Assembly (NCBI GenBank): GCA_963741095.1
Contig: CAVUGN010000009.1
Location: forward strand, 32,001-96,000
Source: an uncultured Candidatus Micrarchaeota archaeon
GTDB lineage: Archaea; Micrarchaeota; Micrarchaeia; Micrarchaeales; Micrarchaeaceae
DNA: 64,000 nucleotides
Direction of reading: 5' to 3'
Made by a program: the position numbers and the translations under genes. Shown in pieces: positions 56,658-64,000 of the stretch. Within the stretch, counting starts at the first letter, position 1. Each line of letters begins with the position of its first letter. Under the pieces are notes generated by a model, which made no database searches, had not been told where the DNA came from, and saw only the letters and a program-made list of their open reading frames with translations.

Positions 56658-56733
56658 ATGGAAAACTCAAAAAGACGAGAGAATTTGCTTGGAAGAGAGG
56701 TGAAGGTCGTGGGTTCAAATCCCACCAGGCCCG
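56658..56733 (+). CDS. Integrase N-terminal fragment int(N)
   Basis: ATG 56658 reads MENSKRRENLLGREVKVVGSNPTRP, crossing attR in the same frame in which int(C) crosses attL. Confidence 0.75.
56698..56733 (+). repeat. attR core (36 bp)
   Basis: Exact copy of the tRNA-Arg 3' end 52466-52501. Confidence 0.95.
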
Positions 56734-56749
56734 CTGTTTCAGTGATTCC

Positions 56750-57187
56750 ATACCGGACAAAAGATTTTTCATAGGCGTAAAGGCGCTGATCACCGACTCC
56801 AAAGGCAAGTTGCTCATAATGCGTAAAGCGCCTGGGTCTACCGACAGATGGAAACCTTTCTGGGACCTTCCAGGCGGCAAGATGCAGCAAGCCGGGATAA
56901 AAGAGACGCTGCTCAAGGAGGCGAAAGAGGAACTGGGCATAAGCAACTTGAGGATAGGGCCCCTGTTCGATGTCGCGATATCCAATTTCAACATACATGA
57001 TCGCGAAGGCGCAGTCTTGGGCGGCCTGCTCTATGTCCTGTACGAATGCAAGCTACCCGCCGGTTCAAAGTTGAAGCTCAGCGAGGAGCACAGCGAGTAC
57101 AAATGGGTCAGTCCAAACGAGGCAAAAGAGCTGCTGTCCTTCATGCTGCCCAGAGATCTCCTCGAAAAATTGGCTACAAGTTTGTAG
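56750..57187 (+). CDS. NUDIX hydrolase (possible ATA start)
   Basis: WDLPGG......ETLLKEAKEELG Nudix box and LSEEHSEYKW; the ORF-track extension to 56558 crosses attR and is probably not part of the gene. Confidence 0.85.
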   Translation: MPDKRFFIGVKALITDSKGKLLIMRKAPGSTDRWKPFWDLPGGKMQQAGIKETLLKEAKEELGISNLRIGPLFDVAISNFNIHDREGAVLGGLLYVLYECKLPAGSKLKLSEEHSEYKWVSPNEAKELLSFMLPRDLLEKLATSL

Positions 57188-57448
57188 AAAAGACTTAAGA
57201 ACGATTGCATTCTAACAAACACTTACGCGGTAGAATGTCAATAACATCATTTGAGTTTAGTCAGAGGAGTATGCCTGCCGGATGGCGGTATAGCTTCCTC
57301 TTGTAATGTCCCAGACAGCGCAAGCAGCCTCTTTCTCATGTTTCTATGGCAAATTGCATAACCCATAGAGCATCTTCTCCATCAGTTTTCGATCATAACA
57401 CACCAAGCAGCTCTGCTGCTTGCGCTATTTCTCGCTAAAGTGGTTGAA

Positions 57449-58405
57449 ATGACAACGATGATAGGAAGAACGGATAGACAAGACACAGGGACTGTTGTAA
57501 CGAACGCGGTCATGGTAGAGTCATCTTTCCAATTGTACAGCCGGCAGATCGACGTGACGCCGCATACGATGCATGGAAGAAAGATAATGGAAAACGGCTG
57601 CATACTCGATACCTCAAAGCCAGTGCTGGCCAGCAGGAACTGGAAGCATGAAGACACAACTGTGCAAGTCGGGAATGTGAGAATCGGCGGCGATAAATTA
57701 GTCGTCATGGCCGGTCCCTGCTCCGTAGAGAGCGGGCAGCAGATGTGGGATACTGCGGTTGCCGTAAAGAGATCAGGAGCTGCGATGCTGCGCGGTGGAG
57801 CCTTCAAACCCCGCACCACACCCTACTCCTTCCAAGGATTCGGAGAAGAGGGCTTGAAGATATTGAAGGACGTGGGAATGAGGCTCGACATGCCTGTTGT
57901 ATCCGAGATACTCTCGCCCAATCAGATTGAGATGTTCGAGCGCATAGGCATAGACATGATACAGATAGGCACAAGGAATGCGCAGAACTACGACCTGATA
58001 AGCGAAGTCGCAAGATCCGGAATACCAATGCTGCTGAAAAGAGGGCCGGGAAGCACGCTGGATGAGTGGATGGGCGCGGCGGAGTACGCTCTGCTTAGGG
58101 GCAATGGCAACGTCGTGCTCTGCGAGCGCGGCATCAGGACCTTCTCGAACGACATGCGATACACCTTGGATATTCCCGGGATATTCTCCATGCAGCGCAT
58201 GACGCATCTTCCGATTGGCGCAGATCCGAGCCATGCTGCTGGGAAAACCGAGAACGTGGCGCCATTGACGCTTGCTGCGAATGGAGTTGGGATTTCGTTC
58301 CTATTGATAGAGGTGCACTGCAATCCAAGAAATGCTCTGAGCGACGCCGAACAGCAGCTCAACCCCATGCAATTCGCGGATCTGATGGAAAAACTGAGAA
58401 GATAA
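57449..58405 (+). CDS. aroF: DAHP synthase, class I-beta
   Basis: [40 protein letters not shown] and DPSHA; start uncertain. Confidence 0.92.
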   Translation: MTTMIGRTDRQDTGTVVTNAVMVESSFQLYSRQIDVTPHTMHGRKIMENGCILDTSKPVLASRNWKHEDTTVQVGNVRIGGDKLVVMAGPCSVESGQQMWDTAVAVKRSGAAMLRGGAFKPRTTPYSFQGFGEEGLKILKDVGMRLDMPVVSEILSPNQIEMFERIGIDMIQIGTRNAQNYDLISEVARSGIPMLLKRGPGSTLDEWMGAAEYALLRGNGNVVLCERGIRTFSNDMRYTLDIPGIFSMQRMTHLPIGADPSHAAGKTENVAPLTLAANGVGISFLLIEVHCNPRNALSDAEQQLNPMQFADLMEKLRR

Positions 58406-58414
58406 GATGAGAAA

Positions 58415-58615
58415 ATGGCACACGGACACCACCACTATAAAGGGCACAACCACCACGACCACTTCGACATCAACAGGTGCTACGGGCATCTGTTGCGTAA
58501 TGACGGGACGCTGCGGCCTTTCAATCCATCCTCTAATTCGGGGCGTGCATCAGAAGCGCTGAACAAGCAGCCAAACGTGGCGCCACTAAGAAATCCGCAC
58601 ATCCAGAAGAGATGA
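58415..58615 (+). CDS. Possible His-rich small protein
   Basis: 66-codon ORF starting 10 nt after aroF; MAHGHHHYKGHNHHDH. Confidence 0.4.
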   Translation: MAHGHHHYKGHNHHDHFDINRCYGHLLRNDGTLRPFNPSSNSGRASEALNKQPNVAPLRNPHIQKR

Positions 58616-58671
58616 TCAATGGCATGCAAACCAGTTAACTATAAATATCACATGCAACTGACAAGAAAGCG

Positions 58672-59447
58672 ATGGAAATGGAGAAGTCAACTGCATCGCG
58701 CGAGCAACTCGGAAAAGATATTATATCAAGCATGTATCAGGAGCGAATGGTGCTTACCTGGTATCGAGATAAACCCGAAGGATGGACCCTGGCAAGTGGA
58801 CTATGGAGTCCCTTCTATGTGAACATGAGGCTGGTATCAAGCACCAAGAATCCTGAACTTTACAGAAACGCTGGCAAGGCCATAGGTATGCTGCTTGACG
58901 ACATTGGTTTTGTGCCGGACGGCAAGCACAGGGTTGTGGGCGTGGCCATGGCTGGCATACCCCTGGCAAACGCGGTTACGTTGCAGAAAGGAATACCATC
59001 CCTTTACACCAGAAAGCTGCCCGAGGACGTCAAGAACCCGGAGAAACTGAACGAATATCTTAAGGCCCACGGCCAGCATGCCATGGTCGAAGGAGAAATT
59101 GAATCTGGCGACAGATTGGCGATAATAGACGACTGGTGACCAAATTCGACAGCAAATTACTGGCGAAGAGCCAGATAGACCAGGAAATCAAGGCAAGAAA
59201 GCTGGTTGATGTTACAGTAAACGATATTGTCGTGCTTATTGACCGGGAGCAGGGTGGTGCTGAGAGGGCCAAGAGCCTGGGCCTCAATCTGTGCTCCTTC
59301 ATTCCGTTCACTTCCAAAGGGCTGGATTGGCTGAGGGGCGATCTTGCAGACATCGAGTACAAAACGATGGCTGATTACCTGAGAGACCCGATAAAATACC
59401 AGAACAAAGAGGTTCAAAACGATCTGAAAGAAATGGCAAGAAAGTGA
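58672..59447 (+). pseudogene. pyrE: Orotate phosphoribosyltransferase with a -1 frameshift in the PRPP-binding motif
   Basis: LASGLWSPFYVNMR, GVAMAGIP, IIDD|VTKFDSK and VLIDREQG; one base missing near 59133. Confidence 0.85.
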
Positions 59448-59460
59448 TGCGCACAACGCT

Positions 59461-59934
59461 TCATTCTGGCGGCAGCTTCGGCAATGTTTTCTCCTCTGCG
59501 GGCGCGCTGCCTGCAGCTTCACCAGAAGCGGTTGCCTTGCCGCCGCGCTTGTTCTGCCTCTCGACTCTCGCGTTAGCGAACTCGACATTGAGATCCTCGG
59601 ACGCGGTGCTGTCCATCCATGCCTTTATGTAAGTGGCTATATTCTTGAAAGGCTTAGTGAACCGGTCAGTCATCATGTAAGCGTTGTCCTCATGCTTCAG
59701 CATTCCAACCTCGACCGCGAAATCGAGATACCTCTTTGCCGTCGATATCGGTATGTTCTTCGGTACTTGTCTCAATCTGAGCTGCCCGTTCTTTTTCACT
59801 TCCAGAAGGAGCGACGAGAACCGGTAAGCCTCGGTCTCGTTGTCGAAGAACACCTTCGCTATCTCCTTGACGTTGACGTTCTTGAGCTTCTCCTTGAGAG
59901 GAGCATCCTCGAACTCCCAGTATTTTATGGGCAA
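59461..59934 (-). CDS. Hypothetical protein, possibly winged-helix
   Basis: ISTAKRYLDFAVEVGML segment; follows the DRG gene. Confidence 0.65.
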   Translation of the reverse strand: MPIKYWEFEDAPLKEKLKNVNVKEIAKVFFDNETEAYRFSSLLLEVKKNGQLRLRQVPKNIPISTAKRYLDFAVEVGMLKHEDNAYMMTDRFTKPFKNIATYIKAWMDSTASEDLNVEFANARVERQNKRGGKATASGEAAGSAPAEEKTLPKLPPE

Positions 59935-59957
59935 AGCAACACCAACAGGTTACAGTA

Positions 59958-61061
59958 TCATTTCTCCTTTATAAAAGTTATTGTGTCCCCGTCCTTGAGC
60001 ACATGCTCCGCTCCGACGCGCTGCTTGCCGAATTTCGAGCTCGGTCCGGTCACATAAGCGCTCTTCAGCTCGTCCGCCAATTCCGTGTGCAGCTTCTTCG
60101 CGGCGTCGATCACCTTCGCGTTCCTGTGCAGTATCACCGGCATCTTATGCTCGTCTTCGGTCCTCGGTTTCAGATACACGGTTATTATGTCGAGATTCCG
60201 GTATATGCACTCCTTCAGGGCATCGATGTTCCTGTTCTGCGTTGCGCTGACCGCTATGACCTCGATCTTGTACATTTCCGATAATTTTTTCGCTATCTTC
60301 TCGTAGTCCTTGTTCGTGTCTATTTTGTTCAACACAACTATAGCCCTCATATAGTGCGCGTTGCCCGTGGCTATGGCTATGATGTCGTCAATGCCAACCC
60401 TCTCCTCTATCTTCACTTTCGCCCCGTACATGCCGAGGCTCGTCAGCACCTCCTTCAAATAAGCGTCATCTATCCCAGACTTGTTGACCTCGAATTCCAG
60501 GCTCTTGTTCAGGCCCGTCTCGATTATCCTGAACTTCGGCCTGCGCTCGTTTATGCGCACCCCAAGCGCCTTCAGTTCCCCCAGAAGTATGCCGAGATGG
60601 TCTGTGTTGTTCACATCGATAACAAAAATGACAAGATCCGACACGCGCATCGCTCCTATTACCGCCTTTCCTCCGCCAAGTCCGATGTGCGCGCCCTCTA
60701 TGATTCCAGGCATATCAAACACCTGTATGTGCGCGTCGTGGTAAACCATCGTGCCCGGTATGATCGTCGTGGTCGTGAACGCGTATTCTGCAGTCTTCGA
60801 CTTGGTGTTGGTTAAGACGTTTATGAGGGATGATTTGCCGACGCTAGGGAAACCTACCAATGCGACAGTAGCGTCTCCGGACTTCTTCACGAAGAAGCCA
60901 ACGCCCTTCGCGTTCCTGCTGGTGCTGATGATCTTCTTTATCTCCGCCATCTTGTGCCGGAGTGCACCGACTGCCTTGTTGGTCGCCTTGTTGTCCTTTG
61001 TTTTAGAGTATTCCTCCTTGAGATCTTCCAGCCGCTTCTCAAGGCCCTCCTTGTCTACCAT
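59958..61061 (-). CDS. DRG/OBG-family GTPase with TGS domain
   Basis: GFPSVGKSS, YAFTT, DMPG, NKID and GPSSKF..QRVG..H.L.DGD; start reassigned to MVDKE. Confidence 0.95.
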   Translation of the reverse strand: MVDKEGLEKRLEDLKEEYSKTKDNKATNKAVGALRHKMAEIKKIISTSRNAKGVGFFVKKSGDATVALVGFPSVGKSSLINVLTNTKSKTAEYAFTTTTIIPGTMVYHDAHIQVFDMPGIIEGAHIGLGGGKAVIGAMRVSDLVIFVIDVNNTDHLGILLGELKALGVRINERRPKFRIIETGLNKSLEFEVNKSGIDDAYLKEVLTSLGMYGAKVKIEERVGIDDIIAIATGNAHYMRAIVVLNKIDTNKDYEKIAKKLSEMYKIEVIAVSATQNRNIDALKECIYRNLDIITVYLKPRTEDEHKMPVILHRNAKVIDAAKKLHTELADELKSAYVTGPSSKFGKQRVGAEHVLKDGDTITFIKEK

Positions 61062-61200
61062 GATTTCCCTTTTTTGAATGAAATTCGTATCAATTAGTAA
61101 AATCTGTTGTATGCAAGTGAATGTAAGTGTAAAATGTAAGTTGATATTTATAAGCATTGTTAAATAAATTTGCATTGATTGCTCTAACGAAGTGACAAGA

Positions 61201-61263
61201 ATGGCAAAGAAAACAAAGAAGAAGGCAAGCAAGTCAAAGAAAGGAAAGAAGAAGGGCTGGTAA
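61201..61263 (+). CDS. Candidate 20-aa Lys-rich peptide
   Basis: MAKKTKKKASKSKKGKKKGW; TATA-like TTTATAA near 61148, GTGA upstream, T-rich tract downstream. Confidence 0.5.
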   Translation: MAKKTKKKASKSKKGKKKGW

Positions 61264-61324
61264 CAACCCCGCAAAAGAAAGTTGTTGCCATTTTTGGCCT
61301 AAATTTTCTATTTTTTGTTTTCTG

Positions 61325-62620
61325 TTACATCAGTCCCTTGAATCTCTTCTTCATGTTCCTGTCGTTCTTGAACATGCCGAACATCTTCTTCATCTTGTTG
61401 AAATCAGACACGAGCGCATGAACGTCCTTCTCGCTGGTGCCGCTGCCCTTCGCTATCCTCGCTATCCTTCCGGGCTGGTGCAGGAGCTTCTCGTCGTTTC
61501 TTTCGGCTTTTGTCATCGATGATATTATGATCCTGTACTTGTTCAGCTTCTCGCCGCCCTGCTCCACGAGCTCCTTGGGCACGTCCGGAGCTCCCATCAT
61601 GCCGAAGACATTCTTCAGCGGACCCATCTTCTCAATAGCCTTCAATTGGGTGTAGAAGGTATCGAAGTTCAGCTCTTCGGCCTGCATATCCTCGGGCTTT
61701 ATGTTCGCCTCCTTAACCGCGGTCTGCACGTGCTCCACGAGTGCGCTTATGTTCGGTATGCCCAACAGCCCGCCTATGAACTTGCTGGCGTCGAACGGCT
61801 CTATGTCATTGAGCTTCTCGCCCATGCCTATGAACATCGCCCTTGCCTTGGCGGCGTTGGCCGCGCTGAGCGCGCCTCCGCCCTTTCCGGAGCCATCCAT
61901 CTTCGTTATCAGAACTCCGGATATCTTGACCGCTTTGTCGAATTCCCTTGCCTGCCTGCCCGCTATCTGGCCTATGTCAGCGCTTATCACGAGCAGCTTT
62001 TCGTCAGGGTTGAATGCGCCTGAGACGTCCTTGAGCTCCTTTGTGAGATTCTCGTCCAGCGCGCTCCTGCCGCTGGTGTCGCATATCACGACCTGCTTGC
62101 CCTTGAACTTCTCTAGAGCCTGCTTCACTATCTTTACGGGGTCCTTTTCCTTCTCGTCGCCGTAGAATGGCACATTGGCCTGTTCGGCCAGCGTCTTCAG
62201 CTGCCGGTAAGCTGCAGGCCTTGAGACGTCGCAGCATATCAATGCGGCGCTCAATCCCCTGTCTTGATAGAACTTCGCGAGCTTTGCTGCGCTTGTGGTC
62301 TTCCCGGATCCATAAAGACCCAGAAGGAGTATGCGCCGCGCCGCCATGTCCGGCACGTACGACGCGCCGAGCAGTTTCACAAGCTCGTCGTAAACGATGT
62401 TCGTTATGTAATCTTTTGCCGCCAGTCCCGAAGGCGGTTTGCTCTTCAGCGCCTTCTCCTCCACGTTCTTCGTGAATTCAAGAACCAGCGATACCTCTAC
62501 GTCAGAGCTCAGCAGCGTCTTCTGGAGCTCCTTGCTGAACTCCTTTATCGTTGAGGCGTCTATTATCGTTGCCCGGGTGAGCTTCGCTATCGCCTGCCTT
62601 AGGCCCTCTCCCAAATCCAT
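61325..62620 (-). CDS. ffh: Signal recognition particle protein SRP54
   Basis: GLYGSGKTT, DTSGR, TKMDGSGKGGGALS, and M domain SMT..ER...RI.RIA.GSG. Confidence 0.97.
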   Translation of the reverse strand: MDLGEGLRQAIAKLTRATIIDASTIKEFSKELQKTLLSSDVEVSLVLEFTKNVEEKALKSKPPSGLAAKDYITNIVYDELVKLLGASYVPDMAARRILLLGLYGSGKTTSAAKLAKFYQDRGLSAALICCDVSRPAAYRQLKTLAEQANVPFYGDEKEKDPVKIVKQALEKFKGKQVVICDTSGRSALDENLTKELKDVSGAFNPDEKLLVISADIGQIAGRQAREFDKAVKISGVLITKMDGSGKGGGALSAANAAKARAMFIGMGEKLNDIEPFDASKFIGGLLGIPNISALVEHVQTAVKEANIKPEDMQAEELNFDTFYTQLKAIEKMGPLKNVFGMMGAPDVPKELVEQGGEKLNKYRIIISSMTKAERNDEKLLHQPGRIARIAKGSGTSEKDVHALVSDFNKMKKMFGMFKNDRNMKKRFKGLM

Positions 62621-62685
62621 ACAATCTTATAAAAGCTATGAATTTCCATTTATATATTTGTTTGTCTAATAGAAATCGTGGTGTC

Positions 62686-63816
62686 TTGAAGGTAATAATT
62701 GCGCAATCGAACCTGACGCTCAGGGGAGGCGCGGAGCGTATCGTGCTGAAAGTAGCGCAGCACTACGATGCGAAAATATACACTGCCGAATACGATGCCA
62801 GCGGCACCTACGAGGGATTCAAGGATCTCGACATCAGCGTCGTGAAGAAGGGCTTCGTATCGAGCATGCTCCCATACGGCCGCGTTTCGCAGGGGCTTCA
62901 CTATGGGTTGTCTTTCTACGGCCTGAAAATAAAAGAGGATTACGACGTGATAAACGCGCACATCGCGCCCAGCCACTGGATCCGGAACAGGAACGAGCGC
63001 GTCCTTTGGTACGTCCACACGCCTCTGAGGGACCTGTACGATCTTTACCAGTACCGGCTTTCGCTGAAGAAGAGCTACCAGAAGCCGATTCATATCGCCG
63101 GCACGAGCGCGGCAAGGGTGCTGGACCAGTCGGTCGTGAAAAAGATAGAGGGGATAGTCGCTAACAGCGAGAACACCCAATCACGGGTGACGAAATACTA
63201 CAAAAGGGATTCCAAGGTCATCGGCGGGGGCATAGACTACGAGGGCTACAAAAACGACGGCGATGGCAAATATTTCCTGTATCCGTCAAGGATATCCCCA
63301 AACAAGCGCCAGGAATATGCGCTGAGGGCCTTCGAGATCTTCAAGCGAAGGACAAAGGGGTACAAGCTCGTCCTCGCCGGGGCGGTTTCAAAGGACAAGA
63401 CCTACGAGAATTATTACCTGAAGATCAAGGAGCTGGCGAAGAGGGTTGGAGACGTAAAGATCACCACCAACGCAAGCGACGAGGCGCTGAAGAGGCTGTA
63501 CTCAAGATCCACCGCCGTGCTCTACGCGCCGATGAACGAGGATTACGGTCTCGTGCCTCTCGAGGGCATGGCAAGCTCGAAGCCGGTCATATCCGTAAAC
63601 GAGGGAGGCCCGAAGGAGACTATAACGAGCGGAAAGACCGGGTTCCTGGTCAACGACGAGCTCGAAATGGCGAACACGATGCGGCTTCTTGCCGAGAATC
63701 CGTCACTCGCAGAGAAGACCGGCAAGCAGGCGAGAAAGAGCGTCGTGGCTGAGCACTCATGGAAGGAATTCTTCAGGGTCTTCGACAAGGAGATGAGGAA
63801 AGTTGCCGGCCGTTAG
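62686..63816 (+). CDS. Glycosyltransferase family 4
   Basis: GGAERIV and EDYGLVPLEGMAS.KPVI....GGP.E; TTG start after GGTG. Confidence 0.92.
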   Translation: MKVIIAQSNLTLRGGAERIVLKVAQHYDAKIYTAEYDASGTYEGFKDLDISVVKKGFVSSMLPYGRVSQGLHYGLSFYGLKIKEDYDVINAHIAPSHWIRNRNERVLWYVHTPLRDLYDLYQYRLSLKKSYQKPIHIAGTSAARVLDQSVVKKIEGIVANSENTQSRVTKYYKRDSKVIGGGIDYEGYKNDGDGKYFLYPSRISPNKRQEYALRAFEIFKRRTKGYKLVLAGAVSKDKTYENYYLKIKELAKRVGDVKITTNASDEALKRLYSRSTAVLYAPMNEDYGLVPLEGMASSKPVISVNEGGPKETITSGKTGFLVNDELEMANTMRLLAENPSLAEKTGKQARKSVVAEHSWKEFFRVFDKEMRKVAGR

Positions 63817-64000
63817 GCGTTTGCCTTCCTCTTTGCGATCCTTGCAGCGTTCTCCGCCCTTATCTGGGCCCTTGTCTGCGGAGGATTGACCGATATCACA
63901 TACTTGGACACGACCTTTGATGCGTAGGCAAGCACGCGCTTGACATTCGCCTCGGACTTCGTGCCTGTGCATATCAGCTTCCCGTTCTTGAAAAGTATGA
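63813..64000 (-). CDS. tbp: TATA-box binding protein (3' end, partial)
   Basis: Minus-strand frame ILFKNGKLICTGTKSE matches the TBP repeat motif; not the frame given in the ORF track. Confidence 0.8.
   Translation of the reverse strand, partial: ILFKNGKLICTGTKSEANVKRVLAYASKVVSKYVISVNPPQTRAQIRAENAARIAKRKANA

Larger units (their letters stand above)
52466..56733. mobile_element. ~4.2 kb tRNA-integrated element carrying an integrase, a DGR and hicBA
   Basis: Bounded by identical 36-bp repeats of the tRNA 3' half; integrase and RT genes visibly more AT-rich than flanking host genes. Confidence 0.93.

Noticed and set aside
56558-56749. N-terminal extension of the NUDIX ORF
   Set aside because: It crosses attR into element DNA and lacks Nudix features, so it is probably a chance open frame.
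63757-63972. 71-aa minus-strand ORF from the track
   Set aside because: The alternative minus frame encodes the TBP C-terminus.
1-64000. CRISPR array, rRNA genes or IS transposases
   Set aside because: No regularly spaced repeats, rRNA signatures or transposase motifs were recognised by eye.

Overview
Archaeal chromosome segment, most consistent with a DPANN genome (Micrarchaeota-like; inferred from gene content, not from a search). Most of the window is housekeeping: glyA/folA/thyA, Hel308, two histones, cdc6, aIF2beta, aIF1A, the RNase P/proteasome/exosome superoperon, hisS, cysS, secY, SRP54, a DRG GTPase and a partial TBP. RNA genes absent from the ORF track are a compact RNase P RNA, the SRP RNA and three tRNAs, two with D-loop introns. 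There is also a type IV pilus-like locus with four class III signal-peptide proteins carrying seven LamG modules. The main result is a ~4.2 kb element integrated in tRNA-Arg(TCT) between 36-bp att repeats (52466-52501 and 56698-56733). It carries (i) a tyrosine integrase whose ATG and N-terminus lie at the far end of the element and rejoin in frame only on circularisation, (ii) a diversity-generating retroelement (target VR 53901-53996, TR 54403-54501, 16 of 18 substitutions at TR adenines, GAA-loop hairpin, DGR-type RT), and (iii) a hicBA toxin-antitoxin pair. The DGR has no avd gene. Its place is taken by a ~200-nt GNRA-tetraloop-rich non-coding segment that can fold around the TR, and the RT frame is broken at a G7 tract. 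A distant paralog of the DGR target lies about 20 kb away, in a small island where three adjacent proteins share an N-terminal leader. All calls were made by eye; no database searches or folding programs were run.
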